NCBI GenBank assembly: GCA_963729715.1
Contig: CAVSPA010000007.1
Location: 160,001-224,000, forward strand
Source: an uncultured delta proteobacterium
GTDB lineage: Bacteria > Desulfobacterota > Syntrophia > Syntrophales > UBA2185
DNA: 64,000 bases
Direction: 5' to 3'
Position 1 is the first letter of the stretch; each line of letters opens with the position of its first letter. The position numbers and the translations under genes were made by a program. Shown piece after piece: positions 40,705-50,242 of this stretch. The notes beneath the pieces are model-generated. The model ran no database searches, was not told the origin of the DNA, and worked only from the letters and a program-made list of their open reading frames with translations.

Positions 40705-41574
40705 CTAAATGACCTTTTTCATTGCGGCAATGGCTGTTTCGATTTGATCGTCCGTCGGCTCCTTAGTGGTGATCTTCTGCAACAGCAATCCCGGCCAGCT
40801 CAAGACTTGCACCCATTTCAAGTTTCTCTTTCTTCCGGTAAAGCGGATAATCTCATATGAGATTCCGGCAATAACAGGAAGGAGCAGAAGTTTATAGAAG
40901 ACTCTGTGCACAAAATCCGGCCTGCCGAGCAGCGAAAATACCAGGATTGCCGTGATCATGACGACGAGGACAAAACTCGTCCCGCAGCGCGGATGGCGGG
41001 TAGAGAATTTCCTGATATTTTCCACGGTCAATTCCTGACCGTTTTCCCAAGCGAATACTGTCTTATGCTCCGCCCCATGATACATGAATACCCGCCTCAT
41101 GTCTTCCATTAAAAGGGTGGTACAGAGGAAGCACAGGAAAATCCCGAGACGGATAATGCCCTCTACAATGTTCAAGAGAATTGTGCTTGCTATGAAAGCT
41201 TTCAATACGGAAAAGCAGTAAGCAGGGACGACGACGAAAAATAATATGGCCGTGCCCAGACCGATTACGACGGAAATCGTCATCTCCCATCCTTTCGGCT
41301 TCACATCATTTTCCGTCAATGCCAGCTCGGCAGAATACATAAGGCATTTCATACCGATCACCATCATTTCCAGAAGGGTTACGGATCCGCGTATAAACGG
41401 CAGCCCCAGCCACTTATATCTTTTGGTGAGCGGAACATAATACTGTTCCCGGATGGCTATTTCGCGGTCAGGCTTTCTTACGGCGGCGGCGATCTTGTTC
41501 CCATGCCGCATCATCACGCCTTCTATAATAGCCTGGCCGCCGGCGATATCTTCCGGATGAGGTTTTTCATTCAT
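40705..41574 (-). CDS. DUF1385 membrane protein (predicted metal-dependent enzyme)
   Basis: GGQAIIEGVMM, YHGAEHK, HPRCGTSF, TTKEP. Confidence 0.92.
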   Translation of the reverse strand: MNEKPHPEDIAGGQAIIEGVMMRHGNKIAAAVRKPDREIAIREQYYVPLTKRYKWLGLPFIRGSVTLLEMMVIGMKCLMYSAELALTENDVKPKGWEMTISVVIGLGTAILFFVVVPAYCFSVLKAFIASTILLNIVEGIIRLGIFLCFLCTTLLMEDMRRVFMYHGAEHKTVFAWENGQELTVENIRKFSTRHPRCGTSFVLVVMITAILVFSLLGRPDFVHRVFYKLLLLPVIAGISYEIIRFTGRKRNLKWVQVLSWPGLLLQKITTKEPTDDQIETAIAAMKKVI

Positions 41575-41628
41575 TGCTGATAAGATAAGGATGTCTCTGT
41601 TTCATTCCGCTATGAGGAACCCACCCGA

Positions 41629-43539
41629 TTACCGGATGCTTGCCCCCGTGACGGGCTCTCTATCGAAACACAAAAGCGTCAGGCCGCCTTCCGCATCGGC
41701 GGCAAGCAGCATTGCCTGGGATTCTATGCCCATCATCTTTGTCGGTTTCAGGTTTGCCACGACGACGATTCTTTTCCCCATGAGGTCTTCCGGCTTGTAA
41801 TCCTTTGCTATACCCGCCACAAGAGTCCTGTTTTCGCCCATATCGATCGTGAGCTTCAGGAGCTTGCTGGACTTAGGAATGGCTTCCGCCCCGATAACCT
41901 TGGCAACACGCAGATCCACCTTCTCGAAATCCGCATAATCTATCAGCGGCTTTACGGGTTGCATCTCTTTCTCTGTCACTTCCGTTTTCTCCCTTTCTTT
42001 TTCATATTTGACCCGCGGGAAGAGCGCCTCTGATCTCTTGAGGCTGTTTCCGTGCGTAAGCCCTCCCCAGCTGCGGATACTGTCAAAATCCAGCGCGGCT
42101 GCTTTCGTGATACCCAATTGATCCGTAATCTTCTCGGCCGAGCCGGGCATGAAAGGATAGACCAGGATGGCAATGATCCGAAGCGATTCGAGGAGATTGT
42201 AGATAACAGTCGCAAGCCGGTTCTTATTTGCCGCATCTTGACCGAGTCTCCATGGCTCCTGCTCAACGATATATTTATTCGTCACGTTGATAAAATCCCA
42301 GATGGCAATGAGGGCCCTGTGGAGCGCAAGCTCCTCGAAACAGCTCTCCACCTCGGCCACGGCCTTGCCCGCTGCGGCCACAAGGAGCTTGTCTTCTTCT
42401 GTTTGAGCGTGCGCTTCAGGCGCTTTTCCGGCGCAGTATTTCATCGCCATCGTCATAGTCCTGCTCACCAGATTGCCAAGGTCATTGGCCAGATCCGAAT
42501 TGATCCTCTGGACGAAGCTCTCTTCGCTGAAACTGGAATCAAGACCAAAAACCATCTCCCGAAGAAGAAAATAACGGAAGGGGTCGAGGCCGTATGTATC
42601 TTTCAAATCGAGGGGCTTAATCACATTGCCTAGGCTTTTCGACATCTTGCTCTGGTCAACGATCCAGTAGCCGTGGACGTTGAGATGCCGGTAAGGCTCA
42701 ATCCCTGCGGCTTTCAGCATGGTGGGCCAGTAAATGCCGTGCGGCTTGAGGATATCCTTCGCGATAAGATGCTGGGCATTAGGCCAGAATATTTTGAAAT
42801 TATCGCCGTCCGGATAACCCGCTCCCGTGATATAATTAATGAGGGCGTCAAACCAGACATACGTCACGTAGTCTTCGTCAAAGGGCAGTGTTATTCCCCA
42901 GTCCAACCTGCTCTTCGGTCTCGATATGCATAGATCTTCGAGCGGGTCCCGGAGGAAGGCTAAGACCTCATTTTTGTAACGCTCCGGCCTGATGAAATCG
43001 GGGTGATCTTTGATATACTCTATCAGCCAGTCCTTGTACTTGCTCATCCGGAAAAAATAATTACTCTCTTCCCGATACTCCGGGGCCGTTTTATGATCGG
43101 GACAGAGCCCGTTCACCAGCTCTTTCTCCGTATAAAATCGTTCACAGCCTACGCAGTAGTATCCCTCGTATTTTCCGAAGTAGATGTCCCCGGCGTCATA
43201 CACCTTCTTGAGGATCAGCCTGACCGTGTCTACGTGGTTTGTATCGGTGGTCCTGATGAAATAGTCATTGGTCACGGCAAGCTGCGGCCACAGGCTCTGG
43301 AACTGGGCACTGATCCTGTCTGCATATTCCTTGGGGGTCGTGTTCGATCCTCTGGCGGCTTCGACGATCTTGTCGCCATGCTCATCCGTACCGGTCAGAA
43401 AAAACACCTTGTATCCGCAAAGGCGATGATACCTGGCTAGGACATCGGCGACAATAGTCGTGTAGGCATGGCCTATGTGCGGCGATGCATTGACATAATA
43501 TATCGGCGTTGTAATGTAATAAGCTTTCTCCACAAACAA
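41629..43539 (-). CDS. metG: Methionine--tRNA ligase with C-terminal tRNA-binding domain
   Basis: HIGH, YVWFDAL, KMSKS, VVANLKP. Confidence 0.97.
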   Translation of the reverse strand: MFVEKAYYITTPIYYVNASPHIGHAYTTIVADVLARYHRLCGYKVFFLTGTDEHGDKIVEAARGSNTTPKEYADRISAQFQSLWPQLAVTNDYFIRTTDTNHVDTVRLILKKVYDAGDIYFGKYEGYYCVGCERFYTEKELVNGLCPDHKTAPEYREESNYFFRMSKYKDWLIEYIKDHPDFIRPERYKNEVLAFLRDPLEDLCISRPKSRLDWGITLPFDEDYVTYVWFDALINYITGAGYPDGDNFKIFWPNAQHLIAKDILKPHGIYWPTMLKAAGIEPYRHLNVHGYWIVDQSKMSKSLGNVIKPLDLKDTYGLDPFRYFLLREMVFGLDSSFSEESFVQRINSDLANDLGNLVSRTMTMAMKYCAGKAPEAHAQTEEDKLLVAAAGKAVAEVESCFEELALHRALIAIWDFINVTNKYIVEQEPWRLGQDAANKNRLATVIYNLLESLRIIAILVYPFMPGSAEKITDQLGITKAAALDFDSIRSWGGLTHGNSLKRSEALFPRVKYEKEREKTEVTEKEMQPVKPLIDYADFEKVDLRVAKVIGAEAIPKSSKLLKLTIDMGENRTLVAGIAKDYKPEDLMGKRIVVVANLKPTKMMGIESQAMLLAADAEGGLTLLCFDREPVTGASIR

Positions 43540-43592
43540 TCCCTCTCCCTAAAAAGCCAGTGTCGTCAACAGAGAGCCGCAAAATCCGAGAG

Positions 43593-44396
43593 CTACAAGT
43601 CTTTTATATTGACTGTAATCTCTTTCCCGCTTTCCAATTGTACCACCACTTCACCCTTCAGGATATTTTGCCTTATGATCTTGCCGCGCCCTTCAGGGGC
43701 ATTTATGACCTTGCCGCACTTTGGTACGTGTTTCTTCATATCCTGATACCCCTCAAATTCGAAGGCCAGACAACACATCAATCTCCCGCAGAGACCGGAA
43801 ATCTTTTCCGGATTCAGAGACACACTCTGTTCCTTCGCCATCTTGACGGATACCCGGTCCAGATTGGGGATCGAATTCGCGCAACATACCTCTCTGCCGC
43901 AGATCCCCAGACCCTTTATCATACGGGCTTCGTGACGGGCGCCGATCTGCCTTAATTCAATCCTTATCTTGAACTGCTGAACCAGATCCTTTACGAGTTC
44001 CCGGAAATCCACCCGGCTTTCCGCTGTGAAATAAAATACCATCTGGCTCTTATCGAAAAGACATTCCACGTCAATCAGCTTCATGGGGAGATCCCGTGCC
44101 TTGATTCTCTCTAGGCAGAATTGGCGGGACTCCTGTTCGAGGGTTTCATTCTCTTTCTTGATCCTGAAATCCTCCTCTGTGACCTTGCGGATGACACTCT
44201 TGAGACCAACGGGCAGTTTATTGACCGGCACGGGCGTCACTGGAGTTATAACCATACCCCAGGACATGCCGTTTTCAGTATTGACAATGACCTGATCATT
44301 TTTCGCAAGCTGGAGATCACCAGTTTCAAAGTTATATATTTTCCCATCTTTGCGAAACTTTATACCGACAATATTTTTCAGATTTACCTGCTCCAT
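43593..44396 (-). CDS. ricT: PSP1/RicT (YaaT) family protein
   Basis: RVDFRELVK, RIELRQIG, CGREVCC, SGLCGRLMCCL. Confidence 0.9.
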   Translation of the reverse strand: MEQVNLKNIVGIKFRKDGKIYNFETGDLQLAKNDQVIVNTENGMSWGMVITPVTPVPVNKLPVGLKSVIRKVTEEDFRIKKENETLEQESRQFCLERIKARDLPMKLIDVECLFDKSQMVFYFTAESRVDFRELVKDLVQQFKIRIELRQIGARHEARMIKGLGICGREVCCANSIPNLDRVSVKMAKEQSVSLNPEKISGLCGRLMCCLAFEFEGYQDMKKHVPKCGKVINAPEGRGKIIRQNILKGEVVVQLESGKEITVNIKDL

Positions 44397-44481
44397 CTCC
44401 CATTAATCGAACTGGCGTTAATCAGTCATTACCTCTTTACCTGCACGGGAAATGCCACCTTCTCCAACGACGGAAAACCAA

Positions 44482-45471
44482 TTATTCATGATACCTGCCC
44501 AGTCTAAACATCATGACCTCTAAAGTCAATTGTTTATTGGCATTCTGATTCAGTGCGTGGAATGCCCGATCCACAGCCCTTATGCAACCTACAATATCGC
44601 GGCCTGATTCACTCTCGGCAACAGACTTTATGATATCAATATAATCCTGATTGATGAGACTCTCTCGATCTCCGGTTTCCTTATACACCAATGCATCCCT
44701 GTAACCGGTCATTAAGATGCCGAGCCTTTCTATAATATCATTTTTTTCCTGGCCAAAATCATTGAGAGCCGACAACAATTTGAGGGGATCTTTCGTTTTG
44801 ATCCTTGCAATTATATCAAGGACCGTCGCCCTCGTCGTCAGATACGATTCATCATTCATTGCATGGGCCCTCCCGACGCTCCCGCCCGACGATAAGGCGA
44901 TCAGTTGAGCCGATTTATGGTCCAATGATAATTCTTTCTCTAAAAACGAAGCAACGGTTTCCCGGCTAAGTGGATTAAACCGCAGGTGCTGGCACCTAGA
45001 GAGAACGGTGGCAGGAAGCTGATGTGGGCGTGCAGTGAGCAATACCAATATATTTGATGCCGATGGCTCTTCCAATGTTTTCAGTATGGCATTAGCGGAA
45101 GCGATATTCATCTTATCGGCATCTACGATGATGAAAATTCGCTTTCCTCCTTCAAAGGGGCTGAACTTCATCTGCTCCTGGAGTTCTCTTACTTCCTGTA
45201 TTTTTATTGATTGTCCCTGAGCTTCTATCGTAATCACATCGGGGTGATTTTCGTGGTCTATTTTCAGGCAGGAAGGACATGTATCGCATGCATCGAGGCT
45301 CTCTCTCCCGGAAGCGCAGTTCAGCGCCTTGGCAAATACCTCCGCCACGGTCCTTTTGCCGACTCCTTCCGCTCCGTAAAAAAGATACGCATGGGGAATA
45401 CGACCACGTGACATGGCAGTTTGAAGGACTCTTATCTGTTTTTCATGGCCATAAACGTCTTTGAAAGACAT
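44482..45471 (-). CDS. holB: DNA polymerase III subunit delta'
   Basis: HAYLFYG..GVGK, Zn motif, HPD, ANAILKTLEEP, SRC. Follows tmk. Confidence 0.95.
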   Translation of the reverse strand: MSFKDVYGHEKQIRVLQTAMSRGRIPHAYLFYGAEGVGKRTVAEVFAKALNCASGRESLDACDTCPSCLKIDHENHPDVITIEAQGQSIKIQEVRELQEQMKFSPFEGGKRIFIIVDADKMNIASANAILKTLEEPSASNILVLLTARPHQLPATVLSRCQHLRFNPLSRETVASFLEKELSLDHKSAQLIALSSGGSVGRAHAMNDESYLTTRATVLDIIARIKTKDPLKLLSALNDFGQEKNDIIERLGILMTGYRDALVYKETGDRESLINQDYIDIIKSVAESESGRDIVGCIRAVDRAFHALNQNANKQLTLEVMMFRLGRYHE

Positions 45472-45580
45472 GCAAACCACCTTCTCTTAAACCTGATCGA
45501 TACAGAAATTCTCATATCAAAAATCCCCGAGGTTTGGCTATGAGAATTTTGACGCTGTCTTAAGAATGGAGATCTTGTGC

Positions 45581-46237
45581 TTAGAGTTTCTTGTTTATGA
45601 ATTGGAACAGATGGACGCAGACTTCGCGATGGACGGATTCAATATCTTTTGACGCGTCGACGATTCGGAACCGTTCAGGTTCGTCTCCCGCAAGGGACAG
45701 ATATCCCTCCCTTACTCTCCTGTGAAACTCCAACGCCTCTCTTTCAAATCGATCTTCCGCCGGCATCCCCTTATTGCTGGATATCCTTTCCACGGCCCTT
45801 CTTAGACCCGTCTCCACCGGCAGATCAAAAAGAAGAGTGAAGTGCGGTTTCAGACCAGCCGAGGAAAAGTCATTGATGCGCCTGATAAAGTCTATATCTA
45901 AGCCCCTGCCGAAACCCTGGTAGGCAATCGTTGCATCAGAAAACCGGTCACACAAGACCACTCTTCCTTCCTTCAGGGCGGGCCCGATCACCTGTTTGAC
46001 ATGTTGCGCCCTCGCCGCCAAGAAGAGAAGAAGTTCGGTCTCGGCGGACATGTTTGCCGTATCACGGGGAACATTATGGAGTAGCATCTCCCTGATTTTT
46101 CTCCCGATGGGTGTACCTCCCGGCTCTTCCGTAATGACAAAAAGTGTACGGCGTTCGCTGAGAAAGCTAGCGGCGAGTTTAATCTGGGTTGATTTTCCAC
46201 AGCCTTCGATGCCTTCAAAGGTAATAAATCGTTCCAT
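45581..46237 (-). CDS. tmk: Thymidylate kinase
   Basis: FEGIEGCGKSTQ, EPGGT, CDRF...YQG. Confidence 0.97.
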   Translation of the reverse strand: MERFITFEGIEGCGKSTQIKLAASFLSERRTLFVITEEPGGTPIGRKIREMLLHNVPRDTANMSAETELLLFLAARAQHVKQVIGPALKEGRVVLCDRFSDATIAYQGFGRGLDIDFIRRINDFSSAGLKPHFTLLFDLPVETGLRRAVERISSNKGMPAEDRFEREALEFHRRVREGYLSLAGDEPERFRIVDASKDIESVHREVCVHLFQFINKKL

Positions 46238-46470
46238 AGTGATACTCTCAACAGGAAAATTTTCAATGCAGAGATTATGTCAATCCGAAGAAAAAAGCGA
46301 CGGGAGATGCTGCCCGCTGCCTGGGGGTTGCAGGATTTCTCCTTTCGGTCGAAATGACAAGCGGAAGTCGTTCAAGGGAAGGGCATCAGCAAAAACAGGC
46401 AAGGGGAAGACACCCGTACTTGACCAAGGCGGATGGTTTCCCCTTTTGAACTCCGATGCTGGGTTTGGCT

Positions 46471-46668
<198 letters not shown>

Positions 46669-46710
46669 TTACTATGTGGGACTCTTATACCAAGACCCTT
46701 ACTGAAATAT

Positions 46711-46935
46711 CTACGTCACGGAAACGACTTCTTTCACTCCCGGAACTTCCTTCTGCAAGTATTTCTGTATCCCCATCTTCAGGGTCATTTGCGACATGGG
46801 ACAGCCGCGGCAGGCTCCCAGAAGTTTCACCTTGACAATGCCCTCATCATCCACGTCAACAAGCTCAACATCGCCGCCGTCCGCCTGCAGGTTGGGCCGG
46901 ATACGCTCTATGGCGCTGCGTACTTCTTCTTTCAT
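46711..46935 (-). CDS. NifU/Nfu-domain Fe-S carrier
   Basis: [28 protein letters not shown]. Confidence 0.93.
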   Translation of the reverse strand: MKEEVRSAIERIRPNLQADGGDVELVDVDDEGIVKVKLLGACRGCPMSQMTLKMGIQKYLQKEVPGVKEVVSVT

Positions 46936-47025
46936 TACATAACCTCCATTTACTAACAGCCGCAAGGGCAAGCTGTAGACGATAGAAAAAGCTTGTTTCT
47001 GGTCGCTTTATTAGGTGCCCTCGGA

Positions 47026-47631
47026 TTAATGGGGCATCTCTTTTACCATCCTTTTGACGAGGCTCTTTGCCACATCAGGAAGGGCAGGTTTCATAAGTAT
47101 GTAGGTCTCCACCTCATGATGCCCGGCAGTCCACATTATCTTGCCGGAAACTGCATCGATCATTTTGACGCCCATGACTATTTTGGCTACCTTGTCGTCG
47201 TTTTCTATCGTGTAATTCCAGTAGTCGACATTGGCCAACATGAAGGCGTCGACCTTCATCATTTCACCGAGCTTTCTGCTGAGATCAGCATCGGAATAAC
47301 TGACAGCTTTCAGTTTGGACATATAATCGAGGAACACCTTCCGCAGCTCCTCGCTCGATTGCATCTGCCTGTTTATTGCATCTGCAGCGACGACATCAGT
47401 AAACCACTTTGTATCAATGAGCACAGCAGCAATGATCTGATCAATTACGCCCCTTGCCTCTTCGTATGTTCCTACATCGACAGGAAACACACCGATTCGC
47501 TTGGGATGAAAATTCTTTGCTTCCGGGGCGACCTCGGAATAGCGGATTCCGCCGCAGCCGGCAAGCGCAAGCAGCAGAAGCATCGTTACAGGCAAAAGAA
47601 ATATCTTTCTCGTCACAATACCCGCCCCCAC
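47026..47631 (-). CDS. Putative lipoprotein
   Basis: Lipobox LAGC. Confidence 0.75.
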   Translation of the reverse strand: MGAGIVTRKIFLLPVTMLLLLALAGCGGIRYSEVAPEAKNFHPKRIGVFPVDVGTYEEARGVIDQIIAAVLIDTKWFTDVVAADAINRQMQSSEELRKVFLDYMSKLKAVSYSDADLSRKLGEMMKVDAFMLANVDYWNYTIENDDKVAKIVMGVKMIDAVSGKIMWTAGHHEVETYILMKPALPDVAKSLVKRMVKEMPH

Positions 47632-47635
47632 GTTA

Positions 47636-49384
47636 TTATTCAGCCAAATACACAGTCAGGCAAAGCCAGACCAGGGAACTTATGCCGGCTATGATATAGC
47701 TAGTTTCGAGAATACCCTCCTGAACAACGCCGGAAAATGCCGCCCTTCTAACATAAAGCCTGAAATAAATCCACATAAAAAATATGCAGACCAGGAGGGT
47801 AAAACTCAGCGAGGAAGTCCACCCTAAGGCATGGGATACGCTGAGCAAAATGACCAGCAAAACGAGTATCCCCTGCAACAGAATCTGGGTGGATTTCTTG
47901 CCTATCAGAACAGGTATCGTCTCGCGGCCGATGAGCCTATCGCTCTGTATATCCAAGATATCGGATATGGCGGAGCGAACGAAGACAATGCCGAAGGTAA
48001 AGAGAAAAGCCACAAACATACCGGCGGTGACGGAAAGACTGATTTCGAATTGCGGCAGCACTGCCGCAACAGCAGCCCAAGCCATGGCCATGAAAATGTT
48101 CTTGGAACCCGGCAGGTCTTTAAGGCTCTTGAAGCGCAGGTTCCCCGGCAGTATTTTCGTATTATAGAGCACGCCAAAAATGGAAATCAAAAAAAGCAAT
48201 ATGAAGGCGTTCAAGCCTGCAATGAAGGAAATTGTCAGGGCCAGGACCAGAGACACGACTGCCGCCGATACATAAGCATTTTCATGTTTGAGATAAGATT
48301 CTTCCCTGAATGATCCGATGATGGTGCTCGTTTTTCTGTTGATGAGCCGGTTGAGTGTATGCATGGCATATACATAAAGGGACGTTGTCAGAATATTCAA
48401 TACATTCACAGGGAGTCTCTGCAAGAGCATGCTTGCAAAAGACAGACATCCGGCTCCCATAGCAGAATAAATTTCCGTCTTGACTGCGAACACCCAGAAG
48501 CTGTAGAGCCTCTGTACCTGCTTCTGTCTCTCATCCTGATGGCTCGTAACAGCTTCAAAAACCCGGTTGATGATCCAGTTGGGCGTCGATGCACCTGCGG
48601 AAATACCGATCTTCTCGTACCGGCTTGAAGGAATGTCGTCTAATTCATCGGCAGTCTCGATGTGAAACGTCGGCTTGCACTCAAGCTGTGAAATCCTGAC
48701 CAGCCTTTTTGTATTTGCACTGTTCCTGCCGCCAACGATAAATACGGCATCCATTTCTGCGGCCAGGGCCTTAACTTCCGACTGCCTCTTTTCCGTGGAA
48801 TCACAAATAGTATTGAAAATGACGGCCTCGGGAAACCTTGTCTTGATCTTTTCCACGATGTCAATAAACGCGTCCGTACTCTGCGTGGTCTGAGCGACTA
48901 CACATACCTTGTCGAGGGGCCGAAGATTATCGACCTCCGCCGCGCTGCCGATAACGAAGCCATTGCCGTCGGCATATCCAAGAAGACCATTAACCTCCGG
49001 GTGCTCCCTGTCGCCGATGATGAGAACTGCGTAGTCCGATGATGCGTGCTTTTTGATAATAGCCTGGACATGCGCCACTTTAGGACAGGTGGCGTCAACG
49101 ATCTTGATTCCTTTCTCCCTGATCTTATTTCTCTCCTCCGGGGATATGCCGTGGGCCCTGATTATGATCGTGGCGCCTTTGCCGGACACGTGAATATTGT
49201 CGATGTCCATTACCGGGATAATTCCCCTCGTCCTTAAGAGCTCGACAGTCTGAGGATTGTGGATTAGGGGGCCATACGTATAGACATCCTCTTTCCCTTT
49301 GCGCTGGGCAATGTCAAGGACGAGATCGACGGCCCTTCTCACACCCATGCAAAATCCCGCTGTCTTGGCAAGTTTAACGCCCAT
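47636..49384 (-). CDS. ispH: IspH (HMBPP reductase) fused to a UbiA-like membrane domain
   Basis: GFCMGV, DATCP, QTT, NTICDST, GASTP followed by about 8 TM helices with DILDIQSDRLIGRETIP. Confidence 0.93.
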   Translation of the reverse strand: MGVKLAKTAGFCMGVRRAVDLVLDIAQRKGKEDVYTYGPLIHNPQTVELLRTRGIIPVMDIDNIHVSGKGATIIIRAHGISPEERNKIREKGIKIVDATCPKVAHVQAIIKKHASSDYAVLIIGDREHPEVNGLLGYADGNGFVIGSAAEVDNLRPLDKVCVVAQTTQSTDAFIDIVEKIKTRFPEAVIFNTICDSTEKRQSEVKALAAEMDAVFIVGGRNSANTKRLVRISQLECKPTFHIETADELDDIPSSRYEKIGISAGASTPNWIINRVFEAVTSHQDERQKQVQRLYSFWVFAVKTEIYSAMGAGCLSFASMLLQRLPVNVLNILTTSLYVYAMHTLNRLINRKTSTIIGSFREESYLKHENAYVSAAVVSLVLALTISFIAGLNAFILLFLISIFGVLYNTKILPGNLRFKSLKDLPGSKNIFMAMAWAAVAAVLPQFEISLSVTAGMFVAFLFTFGIVFVRSAISDILDIQSDRLIGRETIPVLIGKKSTQILLQGILVLLVILLSVSHALGWTSSLSFTLLVCIFFMWIYFRLYVRRAAFSGVVQEGILETSYIIAGISSLVWLCLTVYLAE

Positions 49385-49483
49385 ATGTTTTGCAAGACCT
49401 TCACTTCAGTAATGCTACGGACGAAAAGAGATATAGAACTCTTCTCAAAGAAATTTTCAGATGTCTCTTATCAATAAAATCTC

Positions 49484-50230
49484 TTACGTTTTCAGATAAA
49501 TGAAAAACTCCCTGTTACCTTTGGGCCCTGTCAAGGGGGATTCACAGACGCCCATAACCGAGAGCTCCAAGTCTGCGCAGAATTTCTTTATTCCCTCAAT
49601 TACCCTTTCGTGCACCTCAGGATTTCTTATGACGCCGTGTTTTTCAACCTCATCGCGCCCTGCCTCAAACTGAGGCTTAATAAGGGCAAGCATGATTGCG
49701 TCCTTCTTCGCTACCAGCCTCTGTACGGCAGGGATGACGAGCCTGAGCGAAATAAATGACGCATCTATCGTGGCCAAATCAATGCCATCCTTAATTTCCG
49801 AACCTTCAAAATATCTTATGTTTGTCCTTTCGAGGTTTACTACCCGCGCATCCGTCCTCAGCTTCCACGCCAATTGGCCATAACCGACATCGATGGCATA
49901 GACCTTTCGCGCCCCTTCCTGAAGAAGGCAGTCGGTGAAGCCGCCGGTGGAAGCACCTACATCAAGGGCAACGAGGTCTCTCACGATGATATCGAACGCC
50001 GTAAGGGCGCCCTTCAATTTCAATCCTCCCCTGCTGACGTAGGGGTTATCTTCCCCTTCTATCCTGATTTCTGCATCCGGCAAAACGAGGGCGCCCGCCT
50101 TATCCGTCTTGGTCTCTCCCACGAACACGGCGCCTGACATAATCAGCGCCCTGGCTCTCTCGCGGGTCTGGCAGATACCTCTATCCACCAGCAGCAGGTC
50201 TAATCTGATTTTTTTGATTTTGTTGCTCAT
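49484..50230 (-). CDS. tlyA: TlyA family rRNA 2'-O-methyltransferase
   Basis: S4 domain, YVSRGGLKL, DVGASTGGFTD, KPQFE. Confidence 0.95.
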   Translation of the reverse strand: MSNKIKKIRLDLLLVDRGICQTRERARALIMSGAVFVGETKTDKAGALVLPDAEIRIEGEDNPYVSRGGLKLKGALTAFDIIVRDLVALDVGASTGGFTDCLLQEGARKVYAIDVGYGQLAWKLRTDARVVNLERTNIRYFEGSEIKDGIDLATIDASFISLRLVIPAVQRLVAKKDAIMLALIKPQFEAGRDEVEKHGVIRNPEVHERVIEGIKKFCADLELSVMGVCESPLTGPKGNREFFIYLKT

Positions 50231-50242
50231 GCTGAGAAAAGC

